In this document: positions 27,801-36,711 of the stretch, piece after piece
How positions within the stretch are numbered: position 1 is the first letter of the stretch
How the letters are laid out: each line of letters opens with the position of its first letter
NCBI GenBank assembly: GCA_040290255.1
Contig: PSMU01000002.1
Location: 256,001 to 320,000 of the forward strand
Direction of reading: 5' to 3'
Source of the DNA: Nitrososphaerota archaeon
Lineage (GTDB): Archaea; Thermoproteota; Nitrososphaeria; PSMU01
DNA length: 64,000 nt
The notes under the pieces: model-generated
Seen by the model: only the letters and a program-made list of their open reading frames with translations
Database searches by the model: none
What the model was told of the DNA's origin: nothing
Program-made: the position numbers and the translations under genes

Positions 27801-27953
27801 CTGAAGGAAACGGGCTTCGCGCTGAGCGTGGGCATTCTGTTCGATACCTTCCTCGTCAGGCTGTTCATGAGCCCCGCCATAATAGCCAGCGCGAAGAGGT
27901 GGAACTGGTGGCCCTCGGCCCTAAGCAGGGCCGGCCCTAGCCGAGATACGTAA
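24846..27953 (+). CDS. MMPL/RND family transporter
   Basis: Two TM repeats with GAGIDY and GLGMDY; large extracellular loops rich in N-x-S/T sequons. Confidence 0.9.
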   Translation: MGWPAALARRYRLILVGWGIAALLLASQAQGFDGHLIYSFDPFIPASLEAKKAQDMAHALFNQSSPDAEFVVISGPEGFVATQEALQLLRELGRSIAQEPALKGLISVNSLASVFDRINATYWERLNATLAQLRPGLLANLTRLHDELFGLLQRLAQLHSALFSLAKAANSSSDVIYGLPSLYLQAWYQAVQKVNQSSPGQPLPVGLINWLALTAVNSSLPGQNRNITYPFLYAFYSAWNSSFTGPFIQPQDLLPSNALLRAQAAIDRTVPLLFNATVLGMAAEPFLVAWRAMNITQWQGSVNRFALVLRASVDELARSQGLDRALLLQLAALGQEPSQEALQDMAVSLLSQRSGADPGLLRKVVALGPQPAPGALEGLATELLEGVRSGLLVKFPPPRYPSSIPSSIFSQLSDKGNATTYILVTFQGNLSRESSFSNVQALRSLVHARTSSSAGLKLYVTGGYSFSYDVSALHSSDVQNIDRVTVLVVFALLAALLASLVAPLLPLALIGSALLMSLGVLALLAQVGFKLFYFVRSTISVVTLGAGIDYVIYMLFRYLEERENGAPTQEAIQKTTRYAGETVVTSALAVAIGFGSLATSRVGLLQSLGLSLALGVLLALSAALLLVPSLLYLLRDAILWPRRTLPSFSYRLQLFRAAANVAIKHRRKVIAAGLIATALLGLLALSMSRTYNDLDMVPALESKRGFELILAGFGAQPLSPAYVVLSTHAALFSSGTVNSSVYQALDDVCSAIASTPGVRADSVRCPTRPQGKYVTPDALRYNESSPYIGRDGTSYLFRLSLESFYSSEQAFSTIRQLRQNLASGLRAEPVLAGATAYVGGPAAFYLDLSTAINEDYARAIIPAAFIGIFIVLLLLLRSAVIPLLFLVTTVMSTIWTLGLLVAVFQLLLHVDIYWLTPIILFTVLIGLGMDYNVFLITRVREGVLQGLADEEAAAKAVERTALVLTGAGLIMAAAFGSLLVSADYVLKETGFALSVGILFDTFLVRLFMSPAIIASAKRWNWWPSALSRAGPSRDT

Positions 27954-28425
27954 GCGTGGAGCGGTCGAAGTCCTTCACGAGCTCCACGTCGGGCCCCGTA
28001 TACTCCAGATGCCTGAGCAGGCCCGGATATATCTCGTAGAGGCTGCGCTTGGCCATTTCGGAGGCCGGATGGTCCTCGCCGAGGAATTTAGCGCAGATGC
28101 TCTGCACCAGAGGCCTAACCTGCTTCTCCTCGAGGATGCCGAGGCTGTGCAGGTATTCATGCATCAGCACGACGAAGAGGAACGCGTTCACCTCCCTCTT
28201 GCTCTTGGCCACCTTATTCACCGCCTTAAGGAGGGCCCTGTTGAGCACGATCGCGTTCGAGGCGAAGGGATGGTAGGCCGCTATGCCGGGAGGGAGGTCC
28301 GCCAGGCCAAGTGAGAGGCCGGCCCTTCTCAGGCCCGTAACCCTGAAGACCGCCTCCTTTACCAGAGCGAAGAGCCGATCGAAGCTCTCCGTTTCATCGA
28401 GCTGCCTGGCTGGGTTCTCGGCCAT
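27937..28425 (-). CDS. Small zincin-like metalloprotease (HExxH)
   Basis: VLMHEYLHSLG...E; likely start MAENP at 28425. Confidence 0.65.
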   Translation of the reverse strand: MAENPARQLDETESFDRLFALVKEAVFRVTGLRRAGLSLGLADLPPGIAAYHPFASNAIVLNRALLKAVNKVAKSKREVNAFLFVVLMHEYLHSLGILEEKQVRPLVQSICAKFLGEDHPASEMAKRSLYEIYPGLLRHLEYTGPDVELVKDFDRSTLTYLG

Positions 28426-28508
28426 CTTTGGGCCCTGCACGCGGCAGCTCTTATAACCGTTGCGAATCCTTGCGAAGGATGACAACTATATGCGGTCGCT
28501 CCTGTGCC

Positions 28509-29444
28509 CTACGAGGTTGCGAGCAGCGCCTTCGGTATCTCGCTGAGGTTCTTCCTTATCCGATCGATGCTTTCAAGGAACTTCGCCCTCTGCTCCGGCG
28601 TGAGCGGAAGTTCCAGGATCCTCTCGACGCCCTCCCTGCCCAGCACGATGGGCACCTCGGCGAAGACGTCGTGCACGCCATATTCGCCTTCTAGGTAGAC
28701 GCTCGCCTCTAGGACGGCCCTTCGGTCCTTCCTGATGGCGTCGCACATGAGCGCCAACCCCGCCGCCGGGCCCCAATTGCTGCTGAACTTCCTCAGCTCC
28801 GTGATCGTCGCCCCTGCCTTCACCGTCTCCTCGACGGCCTTGGCGTACTGCTCCTCCGTCAGAAGCGAGGAGAGGGGGGCGCCGCCCACGTTGCTCAGCC
28901 CCAGGGCGGGGTACATGCCCTCTCCATGCTGGCCCAAGACCACGGCCGTTATTGACGAGGGGCTTATCCCCAACATCTGCCCGGCGTGGAAGGCCAGCCT
29001 GCCCGCATCGAGCACGCCGCTGAAGCCGAGCACCCTCTTCTTCGGGAAGCCTAGGCGCTTGTAGTAAAGGTAGACCATCGCGTCGAGGGGGTTGGTGGTG
29101 ATGATGGTTATGGCCCGCGGCGCATGCCTGCGCACCTGCTCCGCGAGGGAGGCGACGATCTCCGCGTTCTTTCCCACCAGCTCCTCCCTTGTCATGCCCG
29201 GCCTCCTGGGCAGGCCCGCGGTGACGACGACGATGTCGCTGCCGGCCATCTCTTCGTAGCTATTGCTGCCCCTCACATGGACGGCCTTGCCCAGGATGGC
29301 CGCCGCGTGATTGAGGTCCAGCGCCTCGCCCTGGGGGAGGCCGGGGATTATATCCACGAGCAGCAGCTCCCTGTCAACTTCAAAGAGCACCATGAAGGCC
29401 GCGGCGCTCGCGCCCACCCTGCCCGCGCCTATGATAGTTATCAA
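28509..29444 (-). CDS. mdh: Malate dehydrogenase (LDH-like)
   Basis: GAGRVG, TAGLPRRPGMTR, TNPLD, VLDAGR, GQHG. Confidence 0.92.
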   Translation of the reverse strand: MITIIGAGRVGASAAAFMVLFEVDRELLLVDIIPGLPQGEALDLNHAAAILGKAVHVRGSNSYEEMAGSDIVVVTAGLPRRPGMTREELVGKNAEIVASLAEQVRRHAPRAITIITTNPLDAMVYLYYKRLGFPKKRVLGFSGVLDAGRLAFHAGQMLGISPSSITAVVLGQHGEGMYPALGLSNVGGAPLSSLLTEEQYAKAVEETVKAGATITELRKFSSNWGPAAGLALMCDAIRKDRRAVLEASVYLEGEYGVHDVFAEVPIVLGREGVERILELPLTPEQRAKFLESIDRIRKNLSEIPKALLATS

Positions 29445-29462
29445 GCGTAGCCGGCCGGTGGC

Positions 29463-32400
29463 TCAGGGATTTAACTTTAAGGGCTGCACGGCGCTCAGCA
29501 GCGGCTCCGCGGCGCGCCTGAGGGAGAACCTCTGCCTGAGCGCCGAGACAAAGGCCGAGGCCAGCTCGGGCACCGAGAACGTGGGCACCCCCAGGTCGGC
29601 CGCCCACCTCCTGATCAGGTATTCGTCCTCAACCATCTGGGCCATCTTATCCGTGGTGATGGTAAAGGGGATGTTGATCACGAGCCCAACCTCGCCCCTC
29701 CAGAGGGCCTCAAGCACGTTAGGCTTACGGTCCGGTTCCGAGGCCTTGTAGAGAGTCACCGCGTCCAGGCCGCTTCTTCTCAGGAACTCCGCCGTGTGCT
29801 CCGTGGCGAAGATCCTATAGCCCATGTCCCTGAGCTGCCCCGCCAAGCCCAGGATCAAGCTCTTGGTGGGACCCCCGGCCGAGATCAGCACGCCCGAGCC
29901 CGGCTCCGGCACCTTGATGCCCGTGGCCTCGAGCGCCATGAGCAGCGCGTCCTCGAAGCTGTCCGAGAAGCAGGCCGCTTCGCCGGTCGACCTCATCTCC
30001 ACGCCGAGCACGGGATCCACGTGCTCGAGCTGGGTGAAGGAGAACTGGGGCGCCTTGACCGCGAAGCGGGACGGCGGCGTAAAGCGCCTGTGCTCGATGG
30101 GGTTGCCCAGGATGGCCCGGGCGGCCAGCTCCATCAGGTTAACGCCCATGGCCTTGCTCGTGAAGGGCATACTGCGCGAGGAGCGAAGGTTGCACTCTAT
30201 GACCTGCACGCGCCCCTCCTTGACCAAGTACTGTACGTTGAAGGGGCCCCTTATGCTCAGCCTTCTTGCCAGGGCTATCGCATAATCCTCCATCATGCGC
30301 ACCTCCTGCTCGCTGAGCCTCAGAGGGGGTATGGTCATCGTCGCATCGCCCGAGTGCACGCCCGCCGGCTCCAGATGCTCCAGCACGGCGCCTATGTACA
30401 CGCTGTGGCCATCGGAGACGGCATCGATCTCAGCCTCGAGCGCGCCCCTCACGAACTTGGACAGCACTACGGGATGCTCCGGGGAGACCGTGAAGGCCTG
30501 CCTCAGAAGGGCCTCCAGCTGTGCCCTGGACCAGGCGACGCCCATGGCCCTCCCCCCTAATATATATGAGGGCCTGGCCAAGATCGGATAGCCGAGCTTT
30601 CCGGCCACGCCCAGGGCCTCCTCTACGCTCCTGCCATAGGCCCACGGAGGCTGGGGTATCTCCAGCTCCTCCAGCAGGGCGCTGAACTTCGAGCGATCCT
30701 CGGCCCTGTCCACGCTCTCCGGCGAAGTGCCGAGGATGGGCACGCCCGCCAAGTGAAGCCTAGGAGTCAGGCTGTTGGCTACCTGGCCGCCCACGCAGGT
30801 AATTATGCCCTCGCCGCCCTCCCTCTCCCATATGTCGAGCACCCTTTCTAGCGTAAGCTCCTCAAAGTACAGCCTGTCGCTCTCATCGTAGTCCGTTGAG
30901 ACGGTCTCCGGGTTGCAGTTCACCACGATCGTCTCCTCGATGCCCAGCCTCTTGAGCGCCCAAGCCAGGTTTACCGTGCACCAGTCGAACTCCACCGAGC
31001 TGCCTATCCTATATACACCGGCCCCCAGCACGATGACCTTTCGCTTTCCGGTGGGCAGGGCATCGCTACTGCCGCCGCGATAGGTCATGTAAAGGTAATT
31101 CGTCCTGGCGGGCCATTCGCCCGCGAGGGTGTCGATCGCCTTGGTGGAGGGAAGAAGGCCGCGGGCCTTTCGCAGCTTCCTGACCTGGGCCTCGCTTAAC
31201 CCCAGCCACTTGGCGATTTGGGCATCGCTGAAGCCCAGCTCCTTTGCCTCCTCGAGGCACGAGAGGTCCCGTTGGCGCAATCGGCGCTTGAGCTCCACGA
31301 GCCTCTGCATCTTGCTGAGAAACCATGGATCCACCGAGGTTATGCGGGATACCTCATCGGGCGAAAGGCCCAGCTCCAGCGCCCTTCCGAGGTCAAAGAG
31401 GTAGCTGTCCGTGGGATGTCTCAGCCTTTCCAGCACTTCGCCCACGTCCATGGCCGCCTCCTCGTCATCCAGGAAGCCTCTGCGGCCTATGTCCAGCATG
31501 CGGGCGGCCTTCTGCAGCGCCTCCTCGAAGCTCCTCGCTATGGCCATCACCTCGCCCACGGACTTCATCTGCGTCCCGATGCGCCTGTCGGGCCTCTCGA
31601 ACTTGCCGAAGTCCCACCTCGGCACCTTTAGAGCTAAATAATCAAGGGCGGGCTCAAAGAAGGCCTTGGTGACGCCGGTGACCTTGTTGAGCACCTCCCA
31701 GAGCCTATAGCCCAAGGCGAGCTTGGCCGCGAGGTAGGCGAGCGGGTAGCCCGTGGCCTTCGAAGCCAGGGCCGAGGAGCGCGAGAGCCGCGCGTTGACC
31801 TCTATGACCCTGTACTGCTCTGAGCCGCGCTCAAGGGCGAACTGTACGTTGCACTCGCCCACCACCTCACAGATGGCCGCTATTTTCAGGGCCGCGTCCC
31901 TCAGCAGCTGGTACTCCCTGTTGGTGAGCGTCTGCGAGGGCGCGATGACGACGTTGTCGCCCGTGTGCACCCTCATCGCGAAGATATTCTCCATGTTGCA
32001 GGGCGTCACGGCGTTCCCCCAGCCGTCGCGCATCACTTCGTACTCTATCTGCTTCCATTCGCCTATGTACTCCTCCACTAGGATCTGGCCGTTCATGCTC
32101 AGCGAGCAGCCCCTGATCGCTATCCTCCTAAGCTCCTCGGGCGACCTGGCGACCCCGCTGCCCCTCCCGCCCAACATATAGGCGACGCGGACCATGACCG
32201 GATAGCCCAGCCGCTCGGCCACGCGGAGCGCCTCATCCGGGCTAAAGCAGGGCTCGCTTCTGGGCACCGGGAGGCCGTTCTGAAGCATGGCCTGCTTGAA
32301 GAGCGCCCTGTCCTCCGTGACCTCTATGCCCCTAATGGGCGTGCCAAGGACCCGCACGCCATAGCGGTCCAGCACGCCGGCCTTTGCGAGCTGTACCCCG

Positions 32401-32684
32401 CAGTTCAGCGCGCTCTGGCCCCCGAAGCCCAGCAGGATGCCGTCGGGCCTCTCCGCTTCGATGACCCTCTCCACATAGCTGGGCCTTATGGGCAGAAGGT
32501 AGACCTTGTGGGCCAGGCTGGGGTCCGTCTGTATCGTTGCCACGTTGGGGTTCACGAGGATGGCCTGTATGCCCTCCTCGCGCAGGGCCTTCAGGCACTG
32601 GCTGCCCGAGTAATCAAACTCGCCTGCCTCGCCGATCTTTATGGGCCCGCTGCCCAGCACCAGGACCTTCTTCAGGCCCTCCAT
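29463..32684 (-). CDS. carB: Carbamoyl-phosphate synthase large subunit
   Basis: GSGPIKIGEAGEFDYSG, RLSRSSALASKATGYP, ETVSTDYD, MGS domain. Confidence 0.97.
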   Translation of the reverse strand: MEGLKKVLVLGSGPIKIGEAGEFDYSGSQCLKALREEGIQAILVNPNVATIQTDPSLAHKVYLLPIRPSYVERVIEAERPDGILLGFGGQSALNCGVQLAKAGVLDRYGVRVLGTPIRGIEVTEDRALFKQAMLQNGLPVPRSEPCFSPDEALRVAERLGYPVMVRVAYMLGGRGSGVARSPEELRRIAIRGCSLSMNGQILVEEYIGEWKQIEYEVMRDGWGNAVTPCNMENIFAMRVHTGDNVVIAPSQTLTNREYQLLRDAALKIAAICEVVGECNVQFALERGSEQYRVIEVNARLSRSSALASKATGYPLAYLAAKLALGYRLWEVLNKVTGVTKAFFEPALDYLALKVPRWDFGKFERPDRRIGTQMKSVGEVMAIARSFEEALQKAARMLDIGRRGFLDDEEAAMDVGEVLERLRHPTDSYLFDLGRALELGLSPDEVSRITSVDPWFLSKMQRLVELKRRLRQRDLSCLEEAKELGFSDAQIAKWLGLSEAQVRKLRKARGLLPSTKAIDTLAGEWPARTNYLYMTYRGGSSDALPTGKRKVIVLGAGVYRIGSSVEFDWCTVNLAWALKRLGIEETIVVNCNPETVSTDYDESDRLYFEELTLERVLDIWEREGGEGIITCVGGQVANSLTPRLHLAGVPILGTSPESVDRAEDRSKFSALLEELEIPQPPWAYGRSVEEALGVAGKLGYPILARPSYILGGRAMGVAWSRAQLEALLRQAFTVSPEHPVVLSKFVRGALEAEIDAVSDGHSVYIGAVLEHLEPAGVHSGDATMTIPPLRLSEQEVRMMEDYAIALARRLSIRGPFNVQYLVKEGRVQVIECNLRSSRSMPFTSKAMGVNLMELAARAILGNPIEHRRFTPPSRFAVKAPQFSFTQLEHVDPVLGVEMRSTGEAACFSDSFEDALLMALEATGIKVPEPGSGVLISAGGPTKSLILGLAGQLRDMGYRIFATEHTAEFLRRSGLDAVTLYKASEPDRKPNVLEALWRGEVGLVINIPFTITTDKMAQMVEDEYLIRRWAADLGVPTFSVPELASAFVSALRQRFSLRRAAEPLLSAVQPLKLNP

Positions 32685-33814
32685 GTCCTCACCAACTTTG
32701 TGAAGAGCTCGAACACAAAGCCCGGATCCCTGGGCCCGGGCGAGGCCTCGGGATGAAACTGTACGCCCAGCAGCGGCCTATTCAGGTGCCTTACCCCCTC
32801 CACTACGCCATCGTCGATGGACCTGAACCACTCCTCTAGGGGCGTGCCCTGCAGCGAGGCGCGGTCCACGGCATAGCCGTGATTCTGTGAGGTAAGATAA
32901 GCCCTGCCGCCTTCCAGCTCAAGGACGCCCTTGTTGAGTCCCCTGTGGCCGTACTTTAGCTTATACGTGCGCCCTCCGAGCGCGAGCGCGGCGAGCTGGC
33001 AGCCCAGGCAGATGCCCAGCACGGGCACGCCATACTCCACGGCCGCGCGCAGGTTGCATATCGCCTCCCTGGCCAGCTCCGGGTTTCCGGGGCCATTGCT
33101 GAAGATGAAGCCGCAAGGGCCCTCCTGCAGCGCCCTGGAGACGTTATAGGTATGGGGCAGCAGGAGGACCCTGAGCCCCAGGGCCAAGAGCCTCCTTATG
33201 ATGCTGAGCTTGCAGCCCAGGTCATACACGCCCACGGCGGGCGCCTGAGCGGGGCCCAGCTCCACGGGCCTGGAGGTGCTCACGAGGGGTATCAATTCCA
33301 GCTGCCCATAACGCTGGGCCCTCTCCAGCGCCCTCCTAAGCGTCTCAAGCTGCGGCTCGCCCTCGAAGACGCCCAGGGCACCCATCATCACGCCCCTTTC
33401 CCTGAGCAGCGAGGCAAGCGCCCTTGTGTCCACGCCCTCGATGCCCGGCACCCCCTCCCGCTCCAGCCACTCGCTGAGCGAGAGCTTAGAGCTCCAGTGG
33501 CTGGGCGCGGCGCAGGCCTCCTGCACCACCAGGCCGGCCACCTGTATATGATGGGACTCGAGGCCAAGGGGCAGGCCGAACTCATCCCTGAGCCCCAGCG
33601 GCACGCCGTAGTTCCCTATGAGCGGATAAGTGAAGGCCAGGATCTGGGCCTTGTAGGAGGGGTCCGTGAGAGATTCGGTATAGCCCACCATGCCCGTCGT
33701 GAAGACGACCTCGCCAACCACCATGGCCCTGGCGCCTATACCCCTGCCCGTGAAGATGGTGCCGTCCTCGAGAACCAGAGCCGCCGACCTTCCTCTCCCA
33801 TTCGTCGCTCCTAT
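32672..33814 (-). CDS. carA: Carbamoyl-phosphate synthase small subunit (probable ATA start)
   Basis: ALVLEDGTIFTG upstream of the called ATG 33724; GEVVFTTGMVGY, SNGPGNP, GICLG, QFHPE. Confidence 0.9.
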   Translation of the reverse strand: MGATNGRGRSAALVLEDGTIFTGRGIGARAMVVGEVVFTTGMVGYTESLTDPSYKAQILAFTYPLIGNYGVPLGLRDEFGLPLGLESHHIQVAGLVVQEACAAPSHWSSKLSLSEWLEREGVPGIEGVDTRALASLLRERGVMMGALGVFEGEPQLETLRRALERAQRYGQLELIPLVSTSRPVELGPAQAPAVGVYDLGCKLSIIRRLLALGLRVLLLPHTYNVSRALQEGPCGFIFSNGPGNPELAREAICNLRAAVEYGVPVLGICLGCQLAALALGGRTYKLKYGHRGLNKGVLELEGGRAYLTSQNHGYAVDRASLQGTPLEEWFRSIDDGVVEGVRHLNRPLLGVQFHPEASPGPRDPGFVFELFTKLVRTWRA

Positions 33815-33878
33815 GGCGACCCTCCCCGGCCTTCGGCCTACTTTATTTAAGCCTTTTGAAAGGGACTAGCGCACTAGA

Positions 33879-34772
33879 ATGGGCATGGCGGCTAACTGGC
33901 GCGTGCTAGCCGAGGGGCTGAGCGCCATCAGTGGCGAGAAGCCTGCCCTTCTCGTGGGTTGCCACGCGCTCGGCCTCAGCCTGCCGTGTTGTGAAGTGGA
34001 TGTGGTGGTGTTTAAGGCGCAGGCAAGGAGCGAGGTCAGGCAGCTCTTTGGGCTCACCTTGGCGCTTCACGTCTTGGCCGAGGAACCAAGGGAGGCCTTC
34101 GCGAGGTGGCCGGAGCGGCTGGTGGGGGCGATACCTCTCTATGACCCCCACCTTGAGCTGGGCAGCCTTGTGGCGGCGCTGGCAAGGAGGTCGAATGCCC
34201 TGGGGGCGGGGAGGGCGCTGAGCGCCGCCAGGGCTGGGCTGCGCGCCCTGACGTGCGCCCGGATCGGGCAGGCCGAGGCGGGCTTCATCTGGCTTTGCGC
34301 GGGGGCCCTCCTGCTGGCCGAGGCGGAGCTCCTCAGGAGGGGTCAGGCCCTCTCGCCCACGCACCTCTTTACGCAGCTTGAACCGCTGAGCCCCGAGCTG
34401 GCAAGGCTGCTAAAGGTCCTAGTGGGCGGGAGTCGGAAGGCGATAGGGGCCAGGCTGGAGGCATATAAGGCCTTGGCCGAGGCGGGAGCTGAGATGGGCG
34501 CGGTGAAGCGGGCCACCTGGCTCCTGGAGCATGGCGCGGACCGCGAAGCGGCCTGCCTGCTGGCCTATAGGCTTCTAAGGGAGGCGGGGGTGCTCGAGCT
34601 GGGCCTCGATGCCAGGGCCCCTGCCCTTTCGTTAAGGCCCAGGCTGCAGGCGAGGCTGATGAAGGCGGGCTGGCCCTCCCTCAGCCCCGCGAAGCTGCAG
34701 GACCTAGGCGGGAGGTTGCTAGAGCTCATCTCGCTGGGCTGGGGCCCCAAGATAGGCTTAAAGCCCCGCTAG
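33879..34772 (+). CDS. Hypothetical protein with a degenerate nucleotidyltransferase-like N-terminus
   Basis: LLVGCHA...CCEVDVVVF resembles the hG[GS]..DxD motif; helical C-terminus. Confidence 0.55.
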   Translation: MGMAANWRVLAEGLSAISGEKPALLVGCHALGLSLPCCEVDVVVFKAQARSEVRQLFGLTLALHVLAEEPREAFARWPERLVGAIPLYDPHLELGSLVAALARRSNALGAGRALSAARAGLRALTCARIGQAEAGFIWLCAGALLLAEAELLRRGQALSPTHLFTQLEPLSPELARLLKVLVGGSRKAIGARLEAYKALAEAGAEMGAVKRATWLLEHGADREAACLLAYRLLREAGVLELGLDARAPALSLRPRLQARLMKAGWPSLSPAKLQDLGGRLLELISLGWGPKIGLKPR

Positions 34773-34786
34773 GCGCCTGATCCACC

Positions 34787-35281
34787 GTGGAGGAGGGGCT
34801 AAGGCTAGCGGTGGTGCCCATAACGATGCCCGAGGGGGTTAACATAATCCTGGGCCAGAGCCACTTCATAAAGACGGTGGAGGACCTTTATGAGGCGCTC
34901 GTCAGCGCTTCTCCACATCTGAAGTTCGGGCTCGCCTTCGCCGAATCGAGCGGGCCCTGCCTAATAAGATACGATGGCAACGATGAGCAGCTCGCCAAGC
35001 TGGCCTCGGAGCTCCTGCTGCAGCTGGCCTGTGGCCACGCCTTTCTCATCCTCCTTCGGGAAGGATACCCCATCAACGTCCTGAACAGGATAAAGGAGGT
35101 GGTCGAGGTGGTAACGCTCTACTGCGCCACGGCGAACCCCGTGCAGGTGATCGTGGCGGAGACCCCGCAGGGAAGGGGCATCCTGGGCATCATCGACGGA
35201 TACAGGAGCAGGGGCATCGAGGGCCCCGAGCACAAGGAGGAGAGGCACCGCCTGCTCAGGAAGCTCGGCTATAAGCGCTAG
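34787..35281 (+). CDS. Adenosine-specific kinase-like protein (DUF355/PAE2307 family)
   Basis: GQSHFIKTVEDL, ESSGPCLIR, CGH, CATANP, GRGILG, LGYKR. Confidence 0.88.
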   Translation: MEEGLRLAVVPITMPEGVNIILGQSHFIKTVEDLYEALVSASPHLKFGLAFAESSGPCLIRYDGNDEQLAKLASELLLQLACGHAFLILLREGYPINVLNRIKEVVEVVTLYCATANPVQVIVAETPQGRGILGIIDGYRSRGIEGPEHKEERHRLLRKLGYKR

Positions 35282-36657
35282 CGCAGGAGCTTAAGCTCGT
35301 ACTTCTTAAGGTGCTCCACCGCCTGGCCCACGTCCATGAAGAGCTGGGCGACCCGCTCCACGTCCTGAAGCGAAATGCGGCTTCTCCCCTCGCTTCGCGC
35401 CTGCTGGCCCGCCAGGCTGAGCAGCTGCAGCGCATACCGCAGCGAGGAGCGGGCCCCTATCTCCGTGAGCTTCGCGAGGGCCTCCTGAGTGAGCTCAAGC
35501 TTCTCCTCCATCGACCTTATCCTCACGATCTCCCTGATGGAGTCCGCGTCGTACTCGTAGGTGGGGATGATGACGGCCCTGTCGATCAGGTCCAGGGGAA
35601 AGCCCATCGGCGCTTCGATATCCGTGCCCCTTATCTTGGTCATCCCGCGGTTCGTGGCCAGTATGAGTATCGGCATCAGCTCGCCCTCGAGGGCCCTGCT
35701 CAGGAAGCTGAAGGCCTCCACGTCGAGCATATGGGCATCATCTATGAAGAGCACGCCCGGATGGATGACGGCCCTGCCCTCATCGACCCAAGCCTTCACC
35801 TGCCGGTCCACCTCGGCCCTAACATCGGGCTCGACGGCCTCGGCGGCCTCAAAGAAGAAGAGGGAGAGCAATCCCCCTCCCTTCCTCTGCCTGGCGAAGG
35901 CCTTGTCCAGGTCGCTCAGCGTCAGCGTGTATACGAACTCCTTCTCCTTCTTTATTCGGCCGGAGGGCCTGGGGACGAGGAACCTGCTGCCTATCTCATA
36001 GTGCTTCGCCTTAGGGCTCTTCTCCGATATGCCCAGCAGCGTCACCCTTCCGCTCTCCGCATCGATCTGGACCACGGCGCCCTCCGAGATGCCCTGCTGC
36101 ATCAGCTGCTGGGCGACCTCGGGGCCCACCTCTAAGGTCCTCTCATCCTCGGTGGTGAGCAGCGTTATCCTGGCCCCCTCGGGCACCTTGTAGTAGGGGT
36201 TGTAGGGATGAGGAACCGTCATCAGCTCCAGCCTGCTCACCTCTCCTTCGTAGACGGTCCTCATCTCCTTCAGCTCCACGCCTATGCAGCGCCTCATCGC
36301 GTCGATGAGGATCTCGGTCTTCTTCTCATGCCCGCTGTAGATTTCGCTGGCGCTCATGGCTATGAACGGCACGTTGAGGCCCAGCTCCCTGGCGATGCCC
36401 ACGGCCAGCGCGGTCTTGCCCGTGCCCGGCGGGCCGGCGAGGATGATGAGCTTGCCGCTGAGCTTGCCCTCCTTTATCATCCTGACGACCAGCCCGGCCG
36501 CCTCCCGTGCCCTCTCCTGTCCTACCATGCCATCCTTGATCTTGACGGCCCTCAGCTTGTCATCCAGGCCCAGGCCCCTTATGTGAGTGTGGGCTCCTAC
36601 CCGCTCGAACCGGGCCGCGGCCGCGGCTATCTCCCGTATGGAGGAGCCTTCGCCCAT
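35278..36657 (-). CDS. tip49: TIP49/RuvB-like AAA+ ATPase
   Basis: AHTHIRGLGL, GPPGTGKT, LFIDDAHMLD, ATNRG, SLRYA. Confidence 0.95.
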   Translation of the reverse strand: MGEGSSIREIAAAAARFERVGAHTHIRGLGLDDKLRAVKIKDGMVGQERAREAAGLVVRMIKEGKLSGKLIILAGPPGTGKTALAVGIARELGLNVPFIAMSASEIYSGHEKKTEILIDAMRRCIGVELKEMRTVYEGEVSRLELMTVPHPYNPYYKVPEGARITLLTTEDERTLEVGPEVAQQLMQQGISEGAVVQIDAESGRVTLLGISEKSPKAKHYEIGSRFLVPRPSGRIKKEKEFVYTLTLSDLDKAFARQRKGGGLLSLFFFEAAEAVEPDVRAEVDRQVKAWVDEGRAVIHPGVLFIDDAHMLDVEAFSFLSRALEGELMPILILATNRGMTKIRGTDIEAPMGFPLDLIDRAVIIPTYEYDADSIREIVRIRSMEEKLELTQEALAKLTEIGARSSLRYALQLLSLAGQQARSEGRSRISLQDVERVAQLFMDVGQAVEHLKKYELKLLR

Positions 36658-36711
36658 GGCCCTGCTCGAGGGGGGCTCGGGCGATTTAAGCTTAAGGCCG
36701 TTACAGGCACG

